IMG/VR virus record: IMGVR_UViG_3300018080_000001
Span: 106,100-170,099 of that record
Reading direction: 5' to 3' (one strand)
DNA: 64,000 bases
Source: a virus
In this document: piece by piece, positions 40,356 through 51,860 of the stretch
Numbering within the stretch: position 1 is the first letter of the stretch
Layout of the letters: every line of letters starts with the position of its first letter
Position numbers and translations under genes: made by a program
Notes under the pieces: generated by a model
Seen by the model: only the letters and a program-made list of their open reading frames with translations
What the model was told of the DNA's origin: nothing
Database searches by the model: none

Positions 40356-40384
40356 AACATAACACGCCAATTTTATGCTGTCAA
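40356..40384 (-). promoter_or_regulatory. sigma70-type promoter
   Basis: TTGACA-17-TATGTT; near-copy at 47435-47463. Confidence 0.7.
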
Positions 40385-40858
40385 TATATTGAAGTAACTT
40401 TTTAGAATTTTTTTATGAAATACTACAATACACAGAACATACATCATCGCAATGCGAACAATAATTACAGTCATCAACTTTTTCGTATCTTGATTTAAAC
40501 TCTGGGCAGCTTTTATTTATAGAATGTGTTTCAAATTTACTTAAGATACATAGACCTACAAAAACATTATACGGGTTAGACGAAAAATAAAAACAATCAT
40601 AACAAGTTTCTTCAGAATATTTTACCTTATTATTTTCCATTGTTATAGTACTTATATTTTCTTGCCCTAACTTCTAATATATCTGAGATACCCAAACCGG
40701 CCGGAAAAAAGGATGGTACACAGTACCATACTGATCCATATTGACTAAAAAATTTCTCTACCGATGCTTCAATACCAAGTAAATTACCAAGCCATGTCGG
40801 TTCGTAATATACAACGGCATGAAATTTCTCATGTTTCTCTTCAGAACTAATATCGATT

Positions 40859-41338
40859 TTAACTATCTTTTTTAGCATCGGTATCCCATGCCACTTGAAC
40901 ATCTTCCAACGGTTTTTCCATTTTATACCGCATGTGCTTATCCTGTGGATATAAGCCTAAGGCATAACCATGTTTGCACACCCAACATTCACAGGTTTTC
41001 ATATCCCAGTGTTGCGACATAATTTGTTCTACAATGTCTTCCGGTACCTCTATTACAGGATTCATGCCCTCTCGTTTTTCTTTTTCTTCTTCTGTAAGCT
41101 TAACCAAAGCTTTTCTAACAATAAGTTGTACATATTCAAGATCTCTATTATCGAATTGTATTACAGATACCAATTGCAATATTTTATCTAGAGTTGAGTT
41201 AAGTTCAGTTATCCTCTGTCTGTATTCTTCTCCTTTTTCTAGGGCTTCATTCCTACGTTGTCTCAGATGATATAATTCTTCTCTCATTTTTTGATAAGAG
41301 CATACAAATTCTTCAACATCCAAATTAAGCCCTGTCAT
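40859..41338 (-). CDS. Hypothetical protein
   Basis: ORF track. Confidence 0.55.
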   Translation of the reverse strand: MTGLNLDVEEFVCSYQKMREELYHLRQRRNEALEKGEEYRQRITELNSTLDKILQLVSVIQFDNRDLEYVQLIVRKALVKLTEEEKEKREGMNPVIEVPEDIVEQIMSQHWDMKTCECWVCKHGYALGLYPQDKHMRYKMEKPLEDVQVAWDTDAKKDS

Positions 41339-41743
41339 CTGATTCTTCTTTCTTTAGTGCATTAGGAATAGGAATTCCTTGATATTTAAATTCACAATAC
41401 TCTTTAATAATCCTTTTAACAGTTTGATCATCGGACTCGTGACCTTCTCTCACATGGCACATTAAATTTTGTACTAGTTTTGCTAATTTTAGGTCTTTTA
41501 AAATTACTTCTAAATCATTTATGAAATCCATAATAGCTAACTCCCCGCATCCTCGTCTTCTCCTATGACTTTAGCATCCACAATTTGACCGTCTTCTATC
41601 TTTGCTAATATCCTTGGAGGCTTTGACAATTTAACCGCGAGTTCTGCTATCTTACTAGATAATTCAAAACACTGTTTTTTCCAATGATTTGCTAGTTCTT
41701 TATTCATTTCACAATGTGGGCACGATTTATAATCAGACATATT

Positions 41744-42427
41744 TTATATCTCCAAATTAAGAATATCTTTTAACAAATTTTGTTTCTTTTCGTTACTTAA
41801 AAAATTATCTAAAAAACACTTAATAAATTTTGACTTTTTAGCAGACAAGCCCGCATTATCTTCACCAAACTTAAAAATATCCCGTAAATACTGAATAACT
41901 TCTAACGCATCTTTTTCATCTATAATAGTTTCTGTTTTAGATTCTTTATCAAAAGAAATTTCAGAAAAATCATTATAGTATAAAGAATCAAATAATAATT
42001 GTTTATCCAGATTAAAATGCCTGGACAGCCTATCAATTATATAAGGAGCTGGATTTTTTACTTTTCCATTTTCCAATTGACTTAGATATGGATTGGAAAT
42101 ATTTAGTTTTTTAGCCGCTGCTCTCAGCGTAAGATTCGCTTCTTTTCTAGCTTTCTTTATTATATCTGAAAAAGATGACTCACTTTTATTTTTATTTGAC
42201 ATAGTATTTAATCTCCTTAAATAATACAAAACTGCTTCTTCCGGTTTTCTTATAGAACTTGGAATTATTGTCCAATTATTTTTATTTTCTTTTCCATTGT
42301 GTTTCTGTATCCCTAAATTTTTTGCGTTACCAGGACATGTGTATATTACACGATAATGTTGACCCTTATAATAAGCATCACACCCGAGCTTATTATTCCA
42401 TTCGTTTGTTATTATGCTAATTGTCAT
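41744..42427 (-). CDS. XRE-family HTH transcriptional regulator
   Basis: IKKARKEANLTLRAAAKKLNISNPYLSQLENG. Confidence 0.8.
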   Translation of the reverse strand: MTISIITNEWNNKLGCDAYYKGQHYRVIYTCPGNAKNLGIQKHNGKENKNNWTIIPSSIRKPEEAVLYYLRRLNTMSNKNKSESSFSDIIKKARKEANLTLRAAAKKLNISNPYLSQLENGKVKNPAPYIIDRLSRHFNLDKQLLFDSLYYNDFSEISFDKESKTETIIDEKDALEVIQYLRDIFKFGEDNAGLSAKKSKFIKCFLDNFLSNEKKQNLLKDILNLEI

Positions 42428-42431
42428 GTCT

Positions 42432-42800
42432 TTAAATTACTTTATGCAGTATTTCATTACAAACAAGATAAAATTCGGGACTCTGAATATATTTATTTAG
42501 TATTGGAGTTATTTTATTACCTATTTCATCCAACATCTTTTCTTCAGTTTCCTCAGAGATATCAGGCCAATCCTTGGCAGCTTCACCGACTTCCGCACAA
42601 GCACGGATACTGAGCATATCGGTAATATCTGGCAAAATACTTCGTGCAAAGTATTCTGTTGTAAATGTAGTAACAATCCTAGCTGTTTTTATAATAATAT
42701 CTTCGCCATAACGTTCTCGTGCCTCTTTGATTGCATCTTCACGAGTAGGACAGTTACCCGTATACGTTCCATCATTCTTTCGACAATAGCAGTATGCCAT
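42432..42800 (-). CDS. Hypothetical protein
   Basis: ORF track. Confidence 0.6.
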   Translation of the reverse strand: MAYCYCRKNDGTYTGNCPTREDAIKEARERYGEDIIIKTARIVTTFTTEYFARSILPDITDMLSIRACAEVGEAAKDWPDISEETEEKMLDEIGNKITPILNKYIQSPEFYLVCNEILHKVI

Positions 42801-42803
42801 GCT

Positions 42804-43760
42804 TCACCTCCAATCATAAAAAAGTTTGTTTATCCGCGTTGACCATTTTATGGAGTTGGTTCCTTTATCTGCAAGATATTGTAATTCTTCTTTCATTTCA
42901 TTTTCTAACTCTTCTGTCTCTCTCCAACGATCTACATCTCCATAATCTTCTAATAAATTTTCCACCCAAGAATCCAGTACAGAGACTAATGTCCTTGGTT
43001 CTAAAGCATCAAGCTCCCATGATACGGGTCCATGTTCCTTTATATATTTGGCAGCCCTACTATCAGACTCTTTAGCAGGATTTGGTGGTGGATTAAAACT
43101 TTCTATTTGATCTTTTGTCAAAGCTAATCTGTGGAATAAAATATCGGTATTCTGTTCCGACCTATCACGCCCAAACATAGATAATCTATTTTGTACGTCT
43201 TCATCCATATTCAATCCGCTAGGATCATGGTCCCCAAAATAGAAAATATGGTAATCCCGTCCAGAACTTTTTATCTCTCTAATTTGTTTCCCTGTAATAT
43301 ATAGTTGTGATTGAGAAGAATATCCTTTATTCGAGGTAAAAGGTATATGCCATTTAGAACATGCAGGCTCCAGAACACCCTCTAAAGCTTGCTTTTCGCA
43401 CATAACATCCAAGTGTATGGGTTGGCTTTGCCATCGGTCTATGCGGAACTGTTGGGCTGCTGATTCTATGATCTCATCCGGTGCACTCCAGTGTGGTTCT
43501 ACTATAGTTTTTCTCCCCCTGTCCACTATCATGTCCCAATCAATAAAACCAACAAGTCTAGCGTCATTAATAATATTTTTAATCCTGGTATAACTTTTAA
43601 CAGTGTTTTCTATTAGGTCAGAAGCCACTAGTTGATAATATAATTGACGAACTGTTAAGTCATAACCTTCCTGTGCATAATCTTCTAGAATAGAAATACA
43701 GTGATCAATTATTTCTAATGATTCCCTACGAAACTTTTTTGATATAAACTTTTCTTTCAT
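42804..43760 (-). CDS. Topoisomerase VI-A/Spo11-like winged-helix plus TOPRIM protein
   Basis: TVRQLYY, CEKQAL, KGYSS, GDHDPSG, WELDAL; start taken at MKEKF. Confidence 0.75.
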   Translation of the reverse strand: MKEKFISKKFRRESLEIIDHCISILEDYAQEGYDLTVRQLYYQLVASDLIENTVKSYTRIKNIINDARLVGFIDWDMIVDRGRKTIVEPHWSAPDEIIESAAQQFRIDRWQSQPIHLDVMCEKQALEGVLEPACSKWHIPFTSNKGYSSQSQLYITGKQIREIKSSGRDYHIFYFGDHDPSGLNMDEDVQNRLSMFGRDRSEQNTDILFHRLALTKDQIESFNPPPNPAKESDSRAAKYIKEHGPVSWELDALEPRTLVSVLDSWVENLLEDYGDVDRWRETEELENEMKEELQYLADKGTNSIKWSTRINKLFYDWR

Positions 43761-44491
43761 TTTATTTACCTCTAATATACTGTGCACTTATTTTTTTGTT
43801 CCCATTCATTATATTTAAGATGTAATTCAAATGATAAATCTTTAGGACTAATAAAGATAGTGTTCCAGTGGTCAGTCCAAGTATCAATCCACAAAGAGCT
43901 TAAATTTTGTTCTTCTTTTAAAAATGTTATAATACATTTCTCTTCCTTATCCTTTTTTGACATAATTGCTAGAACATCGGTCATTAAAATTATGACGAAT
44001 GCTGATATTAATAGCAAACTAACAATAAATAGTATTTTCTTCATTTATATATCTCTTTCTCACTTTTCTTTATCTTGTTTAAGATCTTCTAAGGATTTCC
44101 ATATAAAACAATTCTCGTCTTTGCACTGCACTAAACCAAGATTTTTAGGCAGGTTATCTACTTCTTGTATAATTTTTTTACAACAACTGTATACTTTGTA
44201 TTTGCAGTTATCAGATAATATATTAAATGTTACCAATTTGTAAAACATTATTAAAACCTCGCAATTATTTTATATCTCTAATTTTATCAGCCATTTCCTT
44301 CAAAGCATCCGCCAATGAATCGCACCCAACAGGAGATGTGGCAAGTATCTTTTGATCAGTAGAATCATACCATTCACCCTTTATCTTATCTACAAGGTAT
44401 ATAGATCTACCAAGCTCTGTATTCCTACAAATCAAATATCGGTCCTCAGTTATTGGTATTGTTATTTCTGTTTTTTCTTTGATGCTCATAC

Positions 44492-44950
44492 TTAGTCCTT
44501 ATTACTATGATATTCTAATGCAAAATGATCTGTGAAGATGTGGGAATACATACCGTCTCTAATATCTTTAGTATCTCTGTAAGACATAAATATATATTTT
44601 ATAAAACCCATGGTAACAACGCTTCCTTCTTTAAAAGCTAAAATACTTTTATGTTTTACTAAGTCTAAAAATTGTTTCTGTAACAGCTCACAATGTGGCC
44701 CATTAGCTCCTTGTATTAAAATTGGCTTGCCGTAAGATTCTTCACGCACGGATAAAGCTTCGAGTAACATAGTTTGTGTGATATTTGTTTTTACGAAACA
44801 ATCCTCAATAGCATCGTGTAGAGCATCGGTTATAAAACCATCAAGCAATACACGGTTAAAAAGTTTTCTTGCGCCGTCCGGCATTAGGTCGTAGTTGCTT
44901 TCAATTCTATTTATATAACTATCAATTGTTTCTTGTAAATCATCTTTCAT
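44492..44950 (-). CDS. Hypothetical protein
   Basis: ORF track. Confidence 0.55.
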   Translation of the reverse strand: MKDDLQETIDSYINRIESNYDLMPDGARKLFNRVLLDGFITDALHDAIEDCFVKTNITQTMLLEALSVREESYGKPILIQGANGPHCELLQKQFLDLVKHKSILAFKEGSVVTMGFIKYIFMSYRDTKDIRDGMYSHIFTDHFALEYHSNKD

Positions 44951-45339
44951 TTTACAACGTCCTTTACTTTTTCTTCAACCTCATTAACAACGCCTTTAGG
45001 ATACCAAGAGTCAATATGAAGTCTAAGCTTATCCATAAGTAAATTAGCGTTATCAACCGCCTTTTCTGTAGTATCACTATTAATTGTTCTATAGACAATA
45101 ACATTTTTATAGATATCCCAGGCACTGCGAGGAACTGTAGAAATCAAAAGAACGGCAAAGCACAAGAACATAAGTTTTTTAAGCTTTTTAAATACTGAAA
45201 TTAAAAGAGGCTGTTCTTTTTCAGAATCATGAATAGCTATAAATAAAATAACTAGAGCGAAAAAAACAAATATAAGAGAAACCATAGATAAATTCCAAAT
45301 AGTACTCGCGATGGGTTCTAATATTAGTAAAAATTCCAT
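44947..45339 (-). CDS. Two-TM membrane protein
   Basis: Hydrophobic segments; GGAG RBS. Confidence 0.6.
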   Translation of the reverse strand: MEFLLILEPIASTIWNLSMVSLIFVFFALVILFIAIHDSEKEQPLLISVFKKLKKLMFLCFAVLLISTVPRSAWDIYKNVIVYRTINSDTTEKAVDNANLLMDKLRLHIDSWYPKGVVNEVEEKVKDVVK

Positions 45340-45673
45340 TTTAGTGCTCCTTATTTAAATAGATCTTTTTTATCTTTTTCTCTTACACTGTCCAAAATCG
45401 AAAGCTCTTCTTTCACATATATTCTAGAAGTTTCATAACGAAACATACCTTCTTTATCGGTTTCCATTCTTCCCACGTCTCCATTATCAAGATGCCAAAA
45501 ACCATGAGCAAATCCATGTTCATCATTTATAGTCAGATCTGGATCTCTTATTTTATTATTGAATTCAAGCCTTTTCCTTTGGTCCTTTTTTCTACCTTCA
45601 TCGAGAATTTTACTCATATTTTCTAATGTCCAACCGTCTTTCATTGTACATCTCCCTATTTATAAATTACGTT

Positions 45674-46168
45674 TTATAACAAACCTCTGTCTTGAGCTTC
45701 TGACTGCATTACATAATAAATTTCCGGCAGATAATTTTCATTGGCATCAGGATTATCCATCAACGCTTGTAATTCGTTATCCATTTGCCAGGAAGCTTCG
45801 GAATCCGGATTAAGTACATTAGAAATACACAGACAAGCAGATACGTCGCTTCTCCTACGTTCTTCAGTTTTTCTTTCTAGGAACTTGATAGTATTAAGCA
45901 AATGCCTGTCTTCCATGTCATACACTGATATTTTTTCACCGTCTTTAGTAGACCACATAAAATTTTCGCACCACCAAGTAAAGTCGGGTTCTTGTACCCC
46001 AGTATCTTCGACTTCACCTACAACTCTACCCCAATGATTTTTTGCCGTAGCTATTATTTTTCTTTGATATAGTTTTCTTAGCTCAGATTCTAATTTATAG
46101 TATTCTCTAACTTTCATTATTGATTTACCACTTTTCGTTTTATAATATATTCGAGCTAACATTACCAA
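45674..46168 (-). CDS. Hypothetical protein
   Basis: WSTKDG...MEDRHLLNTI motif common in phage proteins. Confidence 0.6.
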   Translation of the reverse strand: MVMLARIYYKTKSGKSIMKVREYYKLESELRKLYQRKIIATAKNHWGRVVGEVEDTGVQEPDFTWWCENFMWSTKDGEKISVYDMEDRHLLNTIKFLERKTEERRRSDVSACLCISNVLNPDSEASWQMDNELQALMDNPDANENYLPEIYYVMQSEAQDRGLL

Positions 46169-46482
46169 TCACCCCCGCCAACCCATACATCAATACCAAT
46201 AAGAGCTATTAATTCCTGTTGTGATTTTTCTTGCCTGTTATGCGAATCTCCCAAAAGCAAATCAAATCCATCACCACCACCGGTATAATAATTAGCATCA
46301 GGAAAATGTTCTTGTATATCTTTGAGCAACGTGCTCATTTGTTTGCATACTTTATCAAATCTTTTTTCTATTGATGGCATTCGTTCTAACAATATTTGTC
46401 GAGAATCGCAGTATTCTCCAGATTCTAACATTGCTAAAATATCTTCCTCGTATAAAGGTTTATTTTTCATGTTAATCACCAA
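46162..46482 (-). CDS. Hypothetical protein
   Basis: FPDANYY...GGGDW. Confidence 0.6.
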   Translation of the reverse strand: MVINMKNKPLYEEDILAMLESGEYCDSRQILLERMPSIEKRFDKVCKQMSTLLKDIQEHFPDANYYTGGGDGFDLLLGDSHNRQEKSQQELIALIGIDVWVGGGDW

Positions 46483-47065
46483 TTCTCTAAATCCTGTATA
46501 GAAATACCAAGTTTATCCAAATATATTTACTGTTTCCGTTTTACTTTTTCTCTTCATGCTAGCCATTACCGAATAATTTATTCATCAAATCATGCCATTT
46601 TTGAGGGGCTCATTATCTACTCAACTATTTCATATGTAATATCACCCCATTTGCCGGACTCAATCATTACATCATACATGCTGTCATTATTGGAATCCAA
46701 CTTAGCCATCTCTTCCAAAGTTTTGGCACCATCAAGATACCATTCCGTCTTTGGATCTTCAACCTCGTACGTTACAACAACTTTGTAAATTATCTTAGCC
46801 ATGTTTATTTCCCTCCTCTATTTATTTTCTACCGCCCCCTAAAATCTTTTTTATCCATCTTCCTTATAGCATCTTCCAATTTACAACACGGACATACGGC
46901 AAAAATTACTGTAGGACATGTATCTTCTTTCGATATTAATCGCTCTTTCCAATCAAACACGTGTCCCTCAACACTATAGAAATTACCGGTAGAAATATCA
47001 TCAGATTGAATCTCATTATAATCGCACACAGAACAATAGAAAGTTTGTTGTGCCATAATTTTTCC

Positions 47066-47410
47066 TTACTTAAATACGTCCTCCGTATAATACTTACTCT
47101 TTTCACTTCCGATGCGTATCCAAAAATGACAATCCTCTTTTATACCCTTAATTTTGAAAAGATCCTTAGCATACACGCAACTATTAACTATATTCAAGTC
47201 CGTACTATCTAAAACACAAGAGTCTGGTGTCTCTCCATAATTCAAATCACAATGACAACCGAATTTTACATTTTTTTCTTTTTCCTCCAACCATTTGGAG
47301 ATCTTATCAAAAGCCGATATCCAACCTAGTTGAAAGTTACTAGGATCAGAACCAGGTTCATCTTGATTCTCTTTCAAATAATTTTTGATTTCTTCTACTG
47401 TGATTTTCAT
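47066..47410 (-). CDS. Hypothetical early protein
   Basis: Start MKITVEE after GGAGG; promoter at 47435-47463. Confidence 0.6.
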   Translation of the reverse strand: MKITVEEIKNYLKENQDEPGSDPSNFQLGWISAFDKISKWLEEKEKNVKFGCHCDLNYGETPDSCVLDSTDLNIVNSCVYAKDLFKIKGIKEDCHFWIRIGSEKSKYYTEDVFK

Positions 47411-47434
47411 TGTTTTCCTCCCTGTGTTAAGGAA

Positions 47435-47463
47435 AACATAACTCATGTTTTTAGGGCTGTCAA
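47435..47463 (-). promoter_or_regulatory. sigma70-type promoter
   Basis: TTGACA-17-TATGTT. Confidence 0.7.
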
Positions 47464-47523
47464 TATATTGAAGTAAGTTTTTTTAACTTTTTTAAATCAG
47501 TGTACGAAATAAGTTTATTTATG

Positions 47524-47709
47524 CTATTCATAATACACAGGTCCCTTTATATCTCGAACAGAAAAATAAACATTACGTTTTATAGCAGCTAAACCAACAC
47601 GCATATTAGGGTCTAAGCATAAAACTATATCATATCCAGTAATATTCGAAGCAACATGTAAATTATAATCAAATATACTATCATCCGTTTTTTTACCCAA
47701 AATCTTCAT
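47524..47709 (-). CDS. MKxLGK-family microprotein
   Basis: MKILGKK; start reassigned downstream of the tRNA-like element. Confidence 0.6.
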   Translation of the reverse strand: MKILGKKTDDSIFDYNLHVASNITGYDIVLCLDPNMRVGLAAIKRNVYFSVRDIKGPVYYE

Positions 47710-47716
47710 GTTTACT

Positions 47717-47796
47717 TGGGGGAGATGGCAGGATTCGAACCTGCATGTTCCCCTTTGGGTGAGTTTTCCACGGTGGCCACCTACTCTACATCTCCC
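47717..47796 (-). ncRNA. tRNA-like RNA with His-type acceptor end and no canonical anticodon arm
   Basis: G-GGAGATG/CATCTCC-C-CCA, perfect T arm GCAGG-TTCGAAT-CCTGC, D-stem GAGT/ACTC; anticodon arm reduced to CCC-AAA-GGG. Confidence 0.7.
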
Positions 47797-47998
47797 ATAA
47801 ATTATGAACAAAGCTTATTTTATCATATACTTCTTTCTGTACTTTAAAAATAGCCTTGAACTGAATAAAAAGTCCTAATCTATTAGCAATACCTCTATCT
47901 ACTTTATTTCTATCCGTTATAGAAATACGATAATTAGGATTATTAGCATAAAGATTAGGACTTTCCAGATATTTACAGTACTTCCCTAACTTCCGCAT
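47786..47998 (-). CDS. MKxLGK-family microprotein
   Basis: MRKLGKY. Confidence 0.55.
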   Translation of the reverse strand: MRKLGKYCKYLESPNLYANNPNYRISITDRNKVDRGIANRLGLFIQFKAIFKVQKEVYDKISFVHNLWEM

Positions 47999-48000
47999 TA

Positions 48001-48312
48001 TTAGTCGGCAACTTGTTGCCAACCACGGGGGAGAAACTCTTGCTGCCGTACAACCTTGTAGTTTCCCACGGGAAGGTCAATAGGCGCGTGCTCATCGTGC
48101 AGCAGCTTAGACTGCTTAAGGCACTCAATATACATCGAAGCTCCCGCCATCATGATAGCGGCCTGTGCACCCGCAGAAAGCCTATGCGTATGACCAGTGA
48201 CTTCACCCCTGGCAACGATGTTGGTAGTCTGCTTTTGAGCATCCTCCGGAATGTCTGCAATCTCCATGATAAGAATGTCGCCCTGCCTACGTTGAATCAG
48301 ATTCTTTTCCAT
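48001..48312 (-). CDS. RQGD/GExTGHxH protein (usual neighbour of DUF6745 genes)
   Basis: RQGDILI...GEVTGHTH...HDEH.PI.LP.G.Y.V.RQ.E. Confidence 0.75.
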   Translation of the reverse strand: MEKNLIQRRQGDILIMEIADIPEDAQKQTTNIVARGEVTGHTHRLSAGAQAAIMMAGASMYIECLKQSKLLHDEHAPIDLPVGNYKVVRQQEFLPRGWQQVAD

Positions 48313-48356
48313 TTTGCATTTCTCCTTTTTTGTTTTTTGTAAATGCCAATTATAAA

Positions 48357-51300
48357 TTACTTTACATACTTTTTCAATTTTCTTGCATCTTGAGCCACGA
48401 AAAAAGTTACTGCGCCAATAGTTATATAAGCTTCGTTAATAGTTTCTATTTTATAACGCAACTTAAGTATTTTATACGAAGAAACTGGTAACTCAATCTG
48501 AGAATATGAATAAATAGTATCTCCCAATATTAATAGATTACTATCACAAACTATGAAATCTTTCGATATTTTTTTTCCTAAATACTTCATACCTTATAAT
48601 TTATACCTAGTATATAAAAAATATTTCATTAAATTAGTATTATATGGAACGCTTGATAACTTCATGAACAGGTCTTCTAACAAAAATACGAACTGCTATT
48701 TATACTCTTTGATATACGCGCATTCTAAGCTCATATATACATAGATAGACGAACGTTGTATAATATCATAACTAAAATCTTGTTGTTTTCCTATGAGTTT
48801 CATTCACAGCCCCTTAATTGAATGCCAAATCAAAATTCTAATAGTATTATTTACCAAGGTAACAACTGAAGTATTGATCATATCCGATACTGAATAACTA
48901 ATGGGACTACAAACTGAGTACCAGTCTAAGTCCCAAGCAAGCTCTCTAACTGAATATTCGACCGATCTTCCTAATGTTTTCATTTTATAGCATCTACGAT
49001 TACACGTAAAAATAAATTAGAAACAAGATTTCTAACTAAATCTCTAATAAAGTACCAAACTAAATTGTCAACTGAATTCCAAACTGAATTGTTAGTTAAG
49101 TCCCAAACTAAATACCAAACTAACTTTTTAACAGGTTTTCCCAATGTTTTCATTATAATAGATCTTCATATATAAAATTTTCAACAGACATCCGCATTTC
49201 TCCCGTTATATAAAATTCTAAGGAATGACCGAAAATACAAAACCTTTCTGCTATAAAAACCCATACACTATAAGTACTTATGATACTTAGTACTTTTTTG
49301 TATATAAGACCAGTTTCGGGGTGGACCCTATCATTTTCTTTCCCTAAATCAATACTGATAGTTTTTCCCAAAATCTTCATTATCTTAGTTACAATGTAAG
49401 AGCAATTCTAATATAGTGATCAAGAAAATCTCCGACCTTATAAAATGCGGCGTATTTAATAAAATACCACAAGTCGTTATCTATATTATTAAATAATTTA
49501 CTGTCAAAAAGATCTCGTCCATTATATAGATAATTTTCCAAAGTTTTAGTGCTGGATTTACCTAAATATTTCATTTCCTCACCTTATATTTATAAATAGG
49601 AATAGAGTTTTTTATATTTCTTTTTACTATTACTTTCAAAAAAGGGATGTCTATAGAACTTCTAATCAGCATACTCGGAGTAGTATCGTGTATAATTTTA
49701 TTAATCATAGTATTTAAATAATCAAAAATGTCGATATTCACAACTTTACTAACAGCATCTCTAGCCATTACACACCGGTTAAAACCAAACATAAAACTTA
49801 CATTTTTATCTATATTTTTCATGATACAAACTCATAATAAGGAACCATGTGGATTATATTTCTCTGTACTACTTTTTTATAAATAGGAATCTCTATTGAA
49901 GGCACAATTATATGCCAAATAAAAGGATCTAACTTAACAGTGTGTATATAAATAGAAAGATTCTCTTCTATGAATACATAGAGCAAATAACTAACAATTT
50001 CTCGCATTTTTGTATTAACAAATGGAAAATTATAATCCTCAACCAATTCTTCTACCGGTTTACCTATTGAGTTCATTTTATAACCCTAACTAAAAACCTA
50101 ACTGAATCCCAAACTGAATCCCAAACTGAATCCCAAACTGAATCGATAACTGAATTCCTAACTGAATCAATAACTGAATCCCAAACTGAATTCCTAACTG
50201 AATTCCTAACTGAAGTACTAACTTGTTTTCCTATATTTTTCATTTCATTTACATCCTGTTTTTATAATATCCCCACATATTACCCGGTTTAAAAATTTTG
50301 TATCGTGGTATGACTCAAGCATACTTGTAATAACACGCTCTAGCACTATATTAGAAACAAAATCATAAACAGTAATGTTGAAAAGATAGGGATAAGCAAG
50401 CGGACCTATTCTAAATGCTATGGCATCAAGACTTGCAAAATATTCTGTATGTTCTGGATTACCTAATATTTTCATTTTATACCCCTAACTGAATGCCAAA
50501 CTGAATCACTAACTGAATTTCTAACTGAATTTCTAACTGAATTTCTAACTGAATACCAAACTGAATACCAAACTGAATTCCTAACTGGATATATAACTAA
50601 ATAACTAACAGGTTTACCTAATGATTTCATTTTATACCCCTAACTGAATGCCAAACTGAAAACCTAACTGAAGCAATAACTAAATCCCTAACTGAAGCAT
50701 AAACTGAATCCCAAACTGAGTACCAAACTGAATTACCAACTGAATGCCAAACTGAAGCCCTAACTGAACCCCAAACTGAATTTCTAACTGAATTTCTAAC
50801 TGAATTTCTAACTGGTTTTCCTAATGTTTTCATTTTATACCCCTAACTGAAACCCAAATTGAATCCCAAACTGGATTACTAACTAAATATCTTACTGAGT
50901 AACTTACTGAATACCCAACTAGATCCTTAACTAAACCCCAAACTAAATCACTAACGGAATCAGTAACTGAATCAATAACTGAATCAATAACTGAATCAAT
51001 AACTGAATTTCTAACTAAAATATAGACTGAATTATCAACTGGTTTTCCTAATGTTTTCATTTTATAGACCTAATTGAATTACGGAGTAAGACTCTAGCTA
51101 AATCCCAAACTGAAGTATTGACTGAATTATTAACTGAAACCCAAACTGAATACCTAACTGAACTACTAACTGAACTACTAACTAAATATCTTACTGAGTA
51201 CCTTACTGAATACCCAACTAGATATCTAACTGGTTTTCCTAATGTTTTCATTTTATAGACCTAACTGAATTACTAACTGAATTCTTAACTGAATCAAAAA

Positions 51301-51669
51301 CGGAATCACTAACTGAATCCCAAACTGAATCCCAAACTGAATTCCAAACTGAATTATTAATTGAATCACTAACTGAATCACAAACTGAATCCCAAACTGG
51401 ATTACTAACTGAAGCTTTAACAGATTCTCCTAATATTTTCATTTTATAACCCAAACTGAATTATTAACTGAATCACTAACTGAATAACTAACTGAATACA
51501 CAACTAAATCCCAAACTGAATACATAACTGAATCCTCAACTGAATCACTAACTGAATCCCAAACTAGCTTATTAACTAACTTAGTACTTAAATCATTAAC
51601 AAAATGATAAGTTGAAAGATCAATTGAATCCTTAACTAAATTTCTAACGGGTTTTCCTAATATTTTCAC
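48357..51669 (-). other. Array 1 of about 16 MKxLGK microprotein genes
   Basis: ORFs 48357-48590, 48702-48803 (truncated), 48804-48983, 48980-49153, 49153-49380, 49389-49574, 49571-49822, 49819-50076, 50073-50243, 50245-50475, 50472-50630, 50627-50833, 50830-51060, 51057-51251, 51248-51442, 51439-51669; mostly ATGA overlaps. Confidence 0.8.
50080..51650 (-). repeat. 12-bp coding tandem repeats (TCA GTT NNN NAT; Ser-Val-x-x)
   Basis: aactgaatccca / aactgaatttct units repeated many times. Confidence 0.9.
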
Positions 51670-51860
51670 TAGAAACCTATAGTAAGGAAGAGAAAATTTT
51701 AATCATAAAAGCTGTACCAATACCGAGTATAGAAACTGTTAGAAAAATAAAAATAAAAAAATCTATTTTATCTTTAGTTGTAGTTACCAATTTTCTCGAT
51801 TTTAGTAGCGGCGGTATTGGTACAACTCCAAATATCATTTTGGACCTCATTTCTCACGTC

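Noticed and set aside
47524-47811. 95-aa ORF as given in the track
   Set aside because: Its first 34 codons run through the tRNA-like element; the family start MKILGK at 47709 is more plausible
50080-51650. CRISPR array or iteron interpretation of the 12-bp repeats
   Set aside because: Units are contiguous with no spacers, stay in frame inside ORFs, and there are no cas genes
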